DNA of 64,000 nucleotides, from positions 59,126,788 to 59,190,787 of the forward strand of contig CM120640.1 in assembly GCA_051362555.1 (NCBI GenBank), read 5' to 3'. Each line of letters starts with the position of its first letter. Within the stretch, counting starts at the first letter, position 1. The notes under the pieces were generated by a model, which was not told where the DNA came from, made no database searches, and saw only the letters and a program-made list of their open reading frames with translations. The position numbers and the translations under genes were made by a program. Positions 26,663-39,600 of this stretch are shown in pieces. This stretch comes from Lingula anatina. Taxonomy: Eukaryota; Animalia; Brachiopoda.

Positions 26663-29242
26663 AATCTGCAACTGGGTACCAATATTTAGAAACGAGTTAG
26701 GACAATGAAGCCTGGTATGTTTGGGTAGGTGGACTTGGTTTGGTGACCGGCCGTGGCTCGGCTGTTTCTATTTTATTTGTAATTTTAACTGGTAACACAA
26801 GTGACAGTTACATGTAGGAGCTTTTGCGTATTTTTACTAAATTCGTTAAAATACTAAAGCAATTTTCCTAAATGTAGTAGATGACCAAACGCGTCACTAT
26901 CATGATATTATTATAATGATTTATTTGACGCGATGTGAGGTAAAGCACGAAAATCGGTCTCTGACTGTACCGGTGTTGTGCTAATGGGGGGCGTCTCGAT
27001 AGTCCGAAGGTTCATTGGTCCGAAGGTTCATTGGTCCGAAAATTCGTAAATTTTTCATCAGATTTTTAACAAAAAGGTTCATTGGTCCGAAGGTTCATTA
27101 GTCCGAAAATTAAAGGTCCATTGGTCCGAAGGTTCATTAGTCCGAAGGTTCGATAGTCCGAAGGTTCGATAGTCCGAAGGTTCATTAGTCCGAAGGTTCG
27201 ATAGTCCGAAACATTTTAAGATTGTCTTCGATTTTAAGAATTATAATTACAAACGGAATCTAAGGGTGCGTTCCCAACGAAACTATCATTCTACGTAGAT
27301 TGATCCAACTCCACCAGGATTCTTACTGCAATCAGATTAGCAATCCTGGAGCTGCTAGGGGGTGATTAACTTTCGTGTGAACTCAGCTTCTAGAATCTTT
27401 ATCATTTCGTTTTGAGTGCGACCGAAACGCACGTGAAAATTATCCATATAGGTCGTATTGTTTCCGTGAACTACTCTTTACAATGTGGGGAAGTTTATGC
27501 AATGGCTACCCTTTCCAACTCATGAACACCATACATGTTTCACATGAAATATTGAATAAAGATTGGAACGGATAAAATGAGAGGACGCCTATAATGATAT
27601 TTAATCGAATGGCCTGTGCTATTATTTTTGAATTGTATAAGAAACTGATAAAAGTGGTTTTACACTCCATCAAGGCTACCTTTAAGCGCACACTGATTAT
27701 TTTCAAAAGAAAAAAACGGGTGTTTCAATTACGAAATTTTTTGGATTGCGGGAGAGTCCCGTTTTTCTAGAGACCGATTGCGGTTCACGTCCACCCTGCA
27801 CTCATGAATATCAAGTCAACAGTTTCGTAAAAAATCAGTGATAATCGACTTTTCAAGACTGGATGAATAGGTCGGTTCAAGAAAGGCAGTTAACAGACAA
27901 CTCCACCCTCCATGCAGCGACCAATAACCGTACCACCAGCGTGAGCGTGGCGGTAGACATGGGCTTAATCCCGACCCATCTCGTACGGCCTCCGCCAGTT
28001 CCGCGTCATGGGGGATACAATTAACCGTTACCGTTTCTTCACCTAGACTAAGCCAGATGAGTTGCAGGGGAGAATGCCCTAATATGTTATTTCTGATGTT
28101 ATCATTGTGAGGAAACGTTTTCAGAGTTGATAGGGAAAGTAAGTATTATTTTTGATTTCATTTATTTTTTTATCTACTGTTTTACATTTCTTTTTTATTC
28201 AGGAGTTACTGGGTGTATTTACCTTGATTATTTAATTTAAGCTCTTCGTATAATTATTTGTTTTCTCCATTTCTGTTATTATTTTATTTCTGCAACTGTC
28301 TTTATTCAGTTTTTAGTTCACCATAAAAAAGATCAATTAACTTCTACTCCCACCGTTTTGAATAGTGGTAAGCAGGTGTGCAATACAAAAATGTACTTGA
28401 TATACCGCAGACAAAAACCACATGTATGATATACTATGTATCTGTTATGGTGTAAGATAAATTAACATATATAAGTCACTGTGAGTTTGAAAAAAACTTT
28501 CTGGACATGCAACAGCAGCCTGTCTGTTATGAAAAAAAAAGAACATGTTGGTTATACAGACATCTCGTCGATTACAGAACTATACAAACGTAACTTCTTT
28601 TAACATATTCTTACATTACAAAAAACTTAACAGTCAGTTAAAGCTCTGCTCTGATTTACGTCTCATGGTAACTTGTCGTCAAAGAAAAATACTGTTACAA
28701 CAGAGATATTAATCATATTGTGACGACAATGAAAATGAATATCCTTTTATTTTATGTGGCCTTATTACAATGTCCCCAGGAAAAAAGTTCATAATCCGTA
28801 TTTCTTTATTAGGATTCGCCTTTCAGATAAATGCGTCTAGTGATAAAGTGCTGTTAGTACTGATTGTGATATTTAGTACGCATTATCAAACCTGAAATAA
28901 TTCGGCAGAAGAGATAGATTTGGGAACGGTAGGCGCATTAGCTGTAGTTATATTAATCTATTTTTTATATACCAATATAAAGACTAAGATATCACTTCAA
29001 CTAAAATTTCTAAAAAAAGAACCGTTAGAGCATAATGGTCTTGATTAGAACTAAACTATACTACACTGACTAAATATACTATACTACACTGACAAAGCTT
29101 CTCTAAAACTGTACTGAAGTTACCCATGGTGCAAGCCTCTCGAAAACGAATCTGCTGAAATCAACAGTGGCGTGTTGAATGTGGCATTAACACGCGCTGC
29201 TTAATGGCAAAAGCAGTAACATCGGCCTAGGTAATTCTTCAC

Positions 29243-30430
29243 GACGCGTTCCCAATGAAACTACCGTACTAGGCAGAATAGGTTCTGGTAGACAGATCGA
29301 TCCAACTCGGCAGGATTTTCGATGAATGCAATCTGATTAACACCACTCTTCTTGTTTCTAGCGTACGCGCATAATAAACAGCTTTTATGCATTGTACTGA
29401 GCGCAGGGATAAAGAGTTGATCTTGTCATCTATAGCATTCATCACGAATCCCCGCCGAATTGAATCGATATACTTAATCAATACGCACCCTTAGACCGCA
29501 TTCAGATTCACACACCGTACAAGCTGGGTTGACCCAATTCTGCCGGGGATTCTCGCTATTTAAAGCACAACCATCTTGATCAGCTTATATTTTAACTGTT
29601 TGACACCCCTCCCTGAGCAGCTGGGGGTAATTAACCGCGAGAGCATTAAGCTCTTTCCATTGATTGCACTTTAGCATGAATCTGCCGTAAAATTGAACCG
29701 ACCCAGCTAGCGCGATGCGTTAATCTGAATGCGCCCCTATTTTCATCTTATTGCATGAATATTAAAAAAACATCGAAAGGCTAACTCCAGAGTATAATTC
29801 AATTTTGTCTTACAGGGTGTCCCAAATATGTATCTGTAGAATATCTTTTTTCAACCAAATGCATTTTACAACCGGTCTGTATCCACCCCAGAGACAGCCC
29901 CAACCTAAAAGCACCAAACTTAGGGCGCATTTCCATAGATTTTAGATCGATCTATCCCCGTCTCACTAGATTACTGTCAGATAATCCGGCTTAAATGTCC
30001 GTCCCGCCTACTACAATCTGTAAGGGGATAATTAACTTTTGTGCCCGCTCGGCCGACGGCTATTTAGCGTGAACCCCCAAGGAGTTAGGTCGATCCAGTT
30101 GGATCGATCTAATCTCTGGGAATGGGGTCTTAGATAGGGCCCATTCACATTCCTGATAACACATTAATCAATCCCCAAAGTTTAAGGGAGCATTCAGATT
30201 CATACACTTTACCAGCTGGATCGATCCAACTCTGCGGGGATTCTCGCTTAAATACAGCCATTGTTATAAACTTGATTGTCTGACATGCCCCCCTCGAGCA
30301 GTTAAGGGCTAATTACCTTTTGTATGTGCTCAAGAGGGGCGTGTCAGACAATTGAGCTGGTTACATTGACTACACTTTACCAAGAGTTGGATCGATCCAG
30401 TTGGTACGTTGTTTGCATCTCAATGCCTCT
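29243..30430. mobile_element. Cluster of four related palindromic Tourist/PIF-Harbinger-like MITEs nested in the foldback element
   Basis: Copies at ~29243-29490, 29494-29737, 29923-30129 and 30186-30430, plus a partial copy at 27261-27395. Ends resemble G(G/A)(G/C)(C/T)GC(A/G)TTC, with internal GATCGATCCAACT and its inverse, and TTA/TAA flanks (29923-30129 has TTA on both sides). Confidence 0.7.
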
Positions 30431-30691
30431 TCCTCCGTCCTCACTGGCCAGGGCGCACTATTACTTGTCGTTTTTCGGGTATTGTGAACACAGCCTTACT
30501 CTCGACGTGGTTGTTTGTGCGGTTATCCATTCCCCTGTCATAAACATTCCACATAGCAGGTGGGAAATTCCCGTTCATATAATTATTTTGGAAGTAATTA
30601 ATGAAATTTGTCAATGTAAAAGTTATAGAATAATTGCATTTCCCAACAAACTATGTTGTTGTTCGCACAGCTCACTCCCCTACCCTCCCCC

Positions 30692-30733
<42 letters not shown>

Positions 30734-31025
30734 AGCCGTTCCGCCAGCAGTATTGTATTACTCATAGGGATGAGGATGAATTAACTGGAGTGTAAATTTG
30801 GCATATAAACAAAAATTACGAGCATTTACGAAAACAAACTTTTCCCTTACTAGGGCTTTAAACATAAAAATTGTATCAGAATACAGTAATATGCTCAAAT
30901 ATCCACAAATAGTAATACATATTTAATTCCACCCCCTCTTCCCCAGCAATACTGAAGGTGCTGAAACGTTTATAATCTGAAATAGAAATGTGGCAACGCC
31001 ATATCAACCCGGTGGGCCTATTTGT

Positions 31026-31056
<31 letters not shown>

Positions 31057-31304
31057 TTAAACGTAAAATACAAGTGAGAAGGCAGTTTGAACATGTTGAA
31101 ATATTCTATCAGTTAAACTTCTAATCTGATGAACAACATCAAAAATGCTGTCTTTGTAACAAATTCATTTAAACGAAGAAAAACGTACTATGCAAAAAGT
31201 AGATACACTCGTGACTCGTGAGAAAATTTCCATTTGATTATACAAAATAAACCTTTGCAGTTAAATATCGTCAACTTCCAATCCCATGAAAAACATCAAG
31301 ATCT

Positions 31305-31338
<34 letters not shown>

Positions 31339-31424
31339 TAACTAATGTAATATGCTAGTATTGACGTTATTTTTTACAGATATTCACAGATGTGTCTCTT
31401 GATAAATAGGTGGTCATTTTGAGA

Positions 31425-31532
31425 CACCAACAATTTTCGGGGCCCTTTAGCGGGCCCCAGATCCTACGCCAAGGGGGGGTGGGGGCTTTGCATCCGCGGA
31501 CCCCCCTTCAAATAATCTTGGATCCGCCCCTG
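31425..31532 (-). mobile_element. 5' part of a CAGGGGCGGATC-type MITE in reverse orientation
   Basis: Reverse complement begins CAGGGGCGGATCCAAGATTATTTGAAGGGGGG. Confidence 0.65.
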
Positions 31533-31987
31533 TACATGTAATTCACTATACACTTATACAGCGGGCCTACATTCGGACTATCGAACCTTCGGACTATCGA
31601 ACCTTCGGACTAATGAACCTTCGGACCAATGAACCTTCAATGCACATTCGGACCATTGAACCTTCGGACCAATGAACCTTCGGACTATTGAACCTTCGGA
31701 CTATCGCTACGGCCCCTGCTAATGCGTAGGGACTCGGAACCATACCTGTACCAGGGGTATGCCTTTACATATCAGAGACAGGAGTGCTTACACGCATTTT
31801 CGTGTTATGTGAGGTATAGCGGCACCGCAGCGTAGCCTCACGCCTCTGTTACCGTGTCCATGACTTTCGTGAACTAGTATTATTACAGCTGCCTTGGCCT
31901 ACCGGCTCCCAGGTCCAGAGCGATCGTGTTATCTGTCATACACAAGTTTGACCTACATGTAGCGTCTGTATGTGTAGACACACTGCA

Positions 31988-34900
31988 ATGATGGCAGCAA
32001 GAGCGCTCGCGGGAATACTTCGGTCATCAAGCCTCAAGGTACACGTAGGTCTTATGTTATTGAATAGCTTTATTTTCTATGTTCTATACTGAATACACAC
32101 GAGTGCATGTTCATCTCTGCACGTTGTTATCTGCATTACACGTGTAGTCAATTTTGGGCTCAACAAGTGCAAGTTTACACCAGGTGCAATATGAAGTTGC
32201 TGAACGCTTTCTTTACTTTAGTACTCGTTACAATAGTACAATGTGTTTTTAAGACCTAACATCATCTCAAGAGACTTACATAATCGTTGTCTGAGTACTG
32301 ACTCGTAGTGGTATGTGTATATGAAAAGCTTTTACTTACAGTGCATTTTCTTTCCATTTCTACTATGTTATTAGAAAATACTGCAATACAAACTGACTGC
32401 ATGTACATCAACTGACTGACGGCATTTTTGCTGTTCAAATGCTTCACACTTTTTAGTGGTGGTCTTGTTGAGGGTGCTTCATGATTAATTTCCTTTTAAT
32501 TTCTTTTGATACAATTTATAAAAAAGTTGCCACCTGTTATTCCCTACTCTGCTTCATGATAACCTGCAGTAAATATATGGAGCCAAGTAGTACTCACATT
32601 GGTGCAATTTTAAAATGTTGTCTTTAAGCACATTAATTTTGCTCTCCCTTTTAACATAAAGTGCAATGTGCTTATTTGCCACTAGATTAAGCCACTACAT
32701 GTGATTTTTATCTATGCATTTAAATTGGTTATGAATGTGATTTGCTCAAACTCTTTTAACAGGTAGACCCCCTAGTGATATATGGAAAAACGTCCACTCT
32801 TCGCACCTTGGGTGTCATAAGTAGTAGTCGTCAATATGCCACTGACAAAGTCTATGAAATACGCACATATAGTTTATACCCCAAGGATGTTAAGGAGTTC
32901 ATGGCTATCTCTGAAGAAAAATTACACTTAAGACTGAGAGCTTCCAAAATTATTGGCTATTGGACTTCTGAAATAGGGGGGATGAACCAAGTGTTTCACA
33001 TATGGGAATATGGTAAGGATTTAGCAGCGATATCATTGTAATATGGTATGTTCCAAAGCTTTCATGAGCAGGTTAAATTATAAAAATTTGATATTGGGCA
33101 AAGATTTCAAGTTTTAATATAAAGTGATTATTCCAATAAATTGTAAAGTAAATTAAACACTAATGTTTAAGATTGATTCTTCCAGACAGTTTAAAGCACC
33201 GTGCCCAGGTGCGGGCAGCCTTGGCAAGTGACCCTGATTGGTTGTCTCAGTACATCAGCCGAGTTATTTCCATGTGGTGTAAACAGGACAACCTGCTCAC
33301 CAAGGCCATTGCTGGACCAGATGGTGATCTAGATCAGGATAAAGGCAGTAGGTTTATGATGGCTGGCTCGAGGTTTGCAGTAGGACTTGAATGGGAGGGA
33401 GTGTTGAATATAGATACAGATTTCAAATGCACATCATCACTATTTGGCAAATGGTCAAAAGATTATCTAAAGTCTATAAGGGATATATATATATAGTAGA
33501 TAATTAATAGTTTGTGACATGAATGGAAAATATATATACCAATGCTTAGGATATTTTCTCGTACCTAGCAATTTATAAATTCATTCTCTCTTTGTTAAAT
33601 ATTCTGTTGTTCTTTCAGACTTATATTTCCTACAGAGGTACAACAGCAATAGCTCCAGTATGAGCAATTTGACGAGTGAGCTGCAGAGTTTGCAGTCTGG
33701 GACAAATATCAAGCTGGCAGGAGGCTGGTCAAGTATTCTTGGACCAAAAGATACTGGTACAGTTCTCTATATATCCTATTTGCAGCTGTGTGTTATGACT
33801 ATTAATATACCCAATTATTTTTATTGCTTTAAATACAAGGCATCCATTTAAATATATATGATTGAAACTGCACATGAAGTAGGTAATGTGCTATGATACT
33901 GGTACTCATAAATTACTTGCCAGAATTACAACCTCTTCATAGTACTTATAATATATTTAAATATCAGCAAAAATTTTATATAGATGTTTCTACATGAAGC
34001 AAGAAATGTGCACTATAGAAATGGTACCAGTACAATGAAAATGGAAATTTGTATGAAGAAAGTATAACATATTTTTAAGAATTACATCAACATAAAGGCT
34101 ATCCACAGACTAGAATCATCTCTGTTCAACATATTTAGTTAGATTGATTTTGATGGCTAGTTATCAATAGGATAAATCTTTCAGCATCATTGTTACTGAC
34201 AATGTAATTTTTTCACTGTGTGAAACAGTTTTGCTCTTGTCCTTTTGTATTTTTCATCATAGTGGAAAAATAAATTTTGGTCCCTTAGAGCACAGCAAAA
34301 AGGTAAAGATTTTTTTTTTTTTTTTTGGGGGGGGGGGACTTCTGGACATTAGTTTTCCTATGTTGAATGTGTGTGCTATTATTTGCAGTTATATACACAT
34401 AATTGTGGACCGTTTATTACCAAGGAATGGCCAAAATTTTGAATCATTCCTTCACATTTTAATGTTATAATGTTTCATATCTTTAAAATACCGTTATCTT
34501 TCAGCATATCTGTTGTGGCAGTGCAAAGACCCAGATGATTTTCTGGTATGGCAAGAAAATTCAAGTGAAAAAGTAAAAGGTAAAATAAAACATTGACTGA
34601 CTTGTTTACACGAGAAGTCACTTCTTTAAAGAAGGCTTGTTTTTTTTCTGCTAAAACATATAAGATGTGAATTATTGGTCCATAATGCCTCATAAAACAG
34701 TTGGTATTGATTATGCTTTAAACACTTTTCCTTAATGCCTGACTTTACCTTACTCATTCATTTCATTATCCAGGTGCATTTTGAGATCATTTTTTCTAAT
34801 TTCCGTCATCCCCACTAAAATCATTGCATCTTTTGCCACTGTAATCACATGTATGTGGTAATGATATTGGTAAATTTTTTAAAACTTTAATCATGATCAT

Positions 34901-35142
34901 TTTAAAGAGGGTAAATTTAAGATGTGCCAAGATTATGAGTAAAGAAATTCTTTACTTTGATACAGACAAGTTGCTCCTTATTTCTTTCAATAATTGAATA
35001 TTCCTTGGTTAAATGTTTTCAAGTTAGAACTTGATTAAAATGTAAATCTTCATAATAATTTGATATGTCACTTTGATACCTTTCAGTTGTGCCAGAGCAC
35101 TCTCAACTGCTGATTCCATGCCCATGGTCACCATTGAAATAA
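31988..35142 (+). CDS. NIPSNAP3A: NIPSNAP family protein (NIPSNAP3-like), 243 aa, 6 exons, probable mitochondrial presequence
   Basis: Exons 31988-32038, 32763-33012, 33186-33347, 33619-33756, 34505-34579, 35087-35142 (732 nt, phases compatible). Motifs YEIRTYSLYP, GYWTSEIGGMNQVFHIWEYDSLKHRAQVRAALASDPDW and C-terminal LLIPCPWSPLK. N-terminus is Arg/Ser/Ala-rich. The paralog label 3A is nominal. Confidence 0.88.
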
Positions 35143-36696
35143 AAGTCACTATTAAGTTGAGGGTACCTGCTTTAGGACATCATGAAGAAATAACCTTTTA
35201 TCATTTGTTTAAAATCTATGCATTAGGAGATGTTTTAGTCTAACCAAAGTGATCAGATTGCTGCTCTATTGAAAACACAAAGATTGTAGCATTTCCAAGA
35301 AAGAAAATTGCTGGTGCGAATTGAATTCCATATGTTGAGTCCCACTTCTTATATTGAACATTATCAACTTTACATATCAAGAAATGTTATTTTAAAAAAT
35401 ATATAATTATACAAAGAAATATATGCTTATTGAATTGAAGAGCAGATTTCAAATAGGTTACATATTTGTGTCAAGATTTAGTGAAAGTAGATGTCAACAA
35501 ATATAATAGCATTCAAGTTGATTTAATTGACATTTTTTGGTAATATAGATTAATTTTACAGCTAGCACTTGATATAGAAAATAGTTATGAATTTGTTACT
35601 CTTCCTGAGAATACATTAAATGGCAGAATGCTAAGATTCAATTGTTTAGGTGATGTATTACCATGTTTATCTGTCAAAGAAAAAATGAAGTTGCTCCAAA
35701 GAAGTTAATTTGAAATATTCTCCATCTTATTGTTGTCGTATCTAAATGCACTGTTGTAAAATTTATGAAAGGGCAACATTCCCCTTTCTATTAGTATGTA
35801 GTATGTTTATAGTTAATCATATATTTTAAATGTTTTAAACACAACATAAACCTGTTCAATTTAATTGTACAATTTGTTTTATTTTGATCGAAAAAAATGC
35901 ATTTACTCTCTATGTACAATATATTATATTATACATTTATAGCAATGTTCTTGATGAATTTATAGCACCTTTAACTTGTTGGGAACATGCAGTATAAAAA
36001 TCTGTGAAACAATCGGTAACTTCATCATCTATAAAATAACATAACATACATTTCAACAGTTATTAAAATATTCAAACACACTCTATGAATACAAATCAAA
36101 ATGCAAATCAAAGCAATGATCCATATTTTTGCAGGGCAATCTTGCAAAGTAAAATATGGGACACTCCATCTTAGAAAATGCACCTTGTGATTGAAAAAAA
36201 GACAAAATATTGGATATAATTTGACATAAATATACATCAATTAACTGAAGATCATTCAGAAAATACTTATTTTACAAACAAACATCTCATTCATAAAAAC
36301 TCTGAGGTAGCCCTTTTCAGGTTGAGATTTTTACCCTCTAGCCTTTAAAACTTGGCCTAAACAAAATGGAACTGCATTTATTCTGAGACAGTCATCGAGA
36401 TCTCATGTCATTGTTCCCATGTAATATTTCCACTGCCACTTACGCTATTTTGAATATTTTAATTTAAAAATTGTAAACCAGACAAAATAAAATGAAACAC
36501 AAATCATGTCATGGGTTTCTAAAAATAAAGAGATTTGATCGCATGCCCAGGTTGCAACATTAACTAATGTCTATCCTGTATAAAATAAGATTGTTTCCAA
36601 TTTGAAACACTACCCAGGTGTGTGTGATCAAATTATAAATTTCCACTGCAAAACAAATATTGTTTTAAATGATCAAATCAACTGTCCATAATACAG

Positions 36697-39600
36697 TTAT
36701 GTTCTAAGGGGTCCAGCTGATTTAGGCCTAGGGGAATTCCTGCCACTGTATGAGCTGTCTCCAGGTCCCACTCTCTCCAGTGAGGGAGGAAGTTTTCTCT
36801 TTATAGGCCCTCTTTGGACCTGTCTGGCTCTCTGTCCAAATCCAAGGCACTGCAGGGACTCTGTCACATAACGTTGAGCTGGGGAAACGCACAGCATGGC
36901 AAGCAGCTTGGCATCTCCACCTGTAACCATTTAGTTTGAATAATATTACATTGTATAACACAACTATACACAATTATCTGTTTTCAAAAACCTTTATCTT
37001 ACACTAAATTATCTACAAAAGTTAATGTGCATATATTTGTTATTGCCGTAAATGCTGCATTAAAAATGGCATGATTTGGTATCAAGTTTTATAGAAGCTG
37101 TCCACCAATCTGCTGTGTTCAAGGATGCAACTACAAAGATGCAACTAGCTTGAAGTTTTGTATTGGATCTATAAATATGGAGTATTATCTTTTATAATAT
37201 AAATAAACTCCAGTACAGGAATTATCTATGTGTACAATCTGTTCCTACCTATAGAATCTTGCAACAAGTGTGTAATTTTGCTGTTTCTGTATGGTACATG
37301 TGCCCTGTGTTCTGCCAGAGCTCCCAGCACATCAGCCAGGGCACACAGGCTTTTGTTGATGTGGGATGTCTCGCGCAAGGCTTGCCCTGTCACTCCAGAC
37401 ATTCCTGTAGGATGGAGAGAGTAATTATATGAATCAGTATGAGATGTTTCAAGAAATGATGGTCTACTGTTGATTTCCATTAAATTCCGTCAAAGTTATC
37501 AACACATATCCTGACAAATTAATCTCTCAGCTGAAACTTGTGGAGATATCCATCCCCAGCTAAATCAAACAAAATGTTACTTATCACCATATTTATGGCA
37601 AGATTACTTTATAAACTGCAACTTACCAACACATTCACTACCAGCTAAATCTACCAACTGTAACTTGGTTTTGACAGTGCTGCCTGTAGGTGTTTGAGCA
37701 AGAAGAACAGGGGAAGGTGATCTGGATCTGATAGTTTGCTTGGCTCCTGTATAACCTTGGGGTTGAGGTGGAAGTTGCCTCCTTGGGGGTTTGTCTCTGG
37801 GGGCTGGGGAAAGGGGCACTGCAAACACTGGAAAGAAATTGAAATTCTTTTAATGCAGGTGAAAATATAAAAATTAAAAAAAAAATTACTCCTTTAATGA
37901 CAAAGGTAGAAAATGTATCAAGAACCTAGACAATAAATATTTCTTTATAAAAACTAATATTGCAATTATAAGAATTTAACAAAAATCACAGTTATTATAT
38001 TAGCTTTTTATTTCTTTTTTGCACTTTTAGTTTCTCATTATTTACTTTATTTATTTCAAACTCACCACCTAAGCAAGTCATTTTGATTTACTTCCCTTGC
38101 ATGAGCAAAGTACAACAAAATTAAAGCTTAAGCATACCTCCTTCAGTGGGCGACCCTGGTGTGGCAGGTGGAAATAGGAACATGTTGGGTTTAATGCTGA
38201 CAGTCAGAGTGACAACCAGGTGTGAGCGGCTGGAGTGTTCATGAACCAAGGTAGCAATCTCCCTCCTTGCCTTCAGTCCATGCTGTACCAGGCTCATCAC
38301 TTCATATACTGTCTTGACAGGCCTAAAATGTGAGGAAAATAAAAGAAACAGGGGTTGATACATATGCATTATGACAAAGAAAAAAAAGCTACATATTTAG
38401 CAAATTGCCTGCAAATTATCTATTTTCAAAAAGGCTGTTGAATTTCATTTTTGTCATGTTGTTTGCAAATGCTATGTAAAATCCAAAGAGATAATTTTCT
38501 ATGAATAAATAATTATAATGAATGATATATCTTTACACCATTAACATTTTTTTCTGTTTTTAATGTAACTTATGAAAAGTGTGAAAAATAAGCTTCTTTC
38601 CTCACTGAAATACATTCCATTTTTCAGTTTTTATCCATAAAATATCAAAATAGCTTTACACGAAGTCCTAAACCACACCAATTCAATATACCTAGATGTG
38701 ACAGTTGGCACACACATGGACCCATCAGTGTTAGTAACTAGGTCATGTTTAGCCCTGGGATCACTACTGAGCAGGTCAAGGATGTCATTGTTGTAGATCT
38801 CCACCACTGATACTTCAGCACTGTGTGTGTCTGGAGGTTTTTCTTCCATCAATCTGAAGGTGCAAATGTCTAGTCCATTAGAAATTTCCCCCAGACCCAG
38901 TATATTATAAATACAGATGACTTCTGTGAACATCCACAAAGCCTTCATGTACTACCAAAGAAAATGAATCTAGTTCATAATTCTAAAATGCAATGCCTAA
39001 AAATATAAGTTAATTTTCTTGGGTCAGAATGTAAACCTCAACAAGGAGAAAAAAAAATAATGTTTTCAAGAAAACATTTAAATAAATTCAATATTTAAAT
39101 AGTCTTTTAAAAAAGACTAAATATTTTACAACCTGTTATCTTTCACACAAAGAGCAAGACTCTACCAAATTTATGTTTTATCATTTTGCCACATGTAGAT
39201 ATAAGTTAAGTGTCATTTATGCTACCTCAGCAGTTCCCTGGTTGCTCTAGGTATGATTCCTTCATCAGGGTGGGGCTCTGTAGTTACATGATAGTCCTCA
39301 TCCTTATGACTGCCCAGCATGGTGTGAGTTTTACCAGAGCCAGTTTGACCATATGCCATGATACAGACATTATACCTACAGAACAGATATCATCAATCAT
39401 AACATGAATTTTGATTCTCAGCTATGTACATGTATACATAGCATCCATACTAGAACAGAACATAGGCATGTTTGTTAATTCCTGTTTACAGGTGCTCACT
39501 ATAAATGCAAGTGACTCCTTTTATATCGCTATTGAATCACAGAAATATTCAAATTAATAATTTTGAAGCATGGAGATTGTAAGGGAAAATTTTCCAATAT

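Larger units (their letters stand above)
26987..31716. mobile_element. 4.73-kb non-autonomous foldback-type DNA transposon (Mutator/Merlin-like) with modular TIRs
   Basis: Termini are GGGGGCGTCTCGATAGTCCGAAGGTTC and, reverse-complemented, GGGGCCGTAGCGATAGTCCGAAGGTTC. TIRs are arrays of a 16-bp unit (GGTTCATTAGTCCGAA and variants) at 26997-27211 and inverted at 31574-31706. Perfect 8-bp TSD TGCTAATG (26979-26986, 31717-31724). No transposase ORF seen. Confidence 0.85.

Noticed and set aside
26997-27211. Regular 16-bp repeats superficially like a CRISPR array
   Set aside because: Units are directly tandem without unique spacers, have an inverted partner at 31574-31706 and a TSD, and lie in eukaryotic DNA. 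They are transposon TIRs.
30324-30767. 147-aa ORF inside the foldback element
   Set aside because: Starts within a MITE and runs through poly-C/poly-A; no transposase motifs.
26574-31532. Inverted pair of CAGGGGCG ends as one 5-kb transposon
   Set aside because: No matching TSD, and the pair straddles the left TIR of the TSD-supported foldback element. Two independent truncated MITE copies explain it better.
33344-33353. Possible GC donor (AAAG|GCAGT) in NIPSNAP exon 3
   Set aside because: A same-phase canonical GTAGGT donor lies 3 nt downstream, so no GC donor is needed.
34774-34860. Candidate extra NIPSNAP exon after ATCCAG
   Set aside because: Immediate stop in the required phase; exon 35087-35142 supplies the conserved C-terminus.
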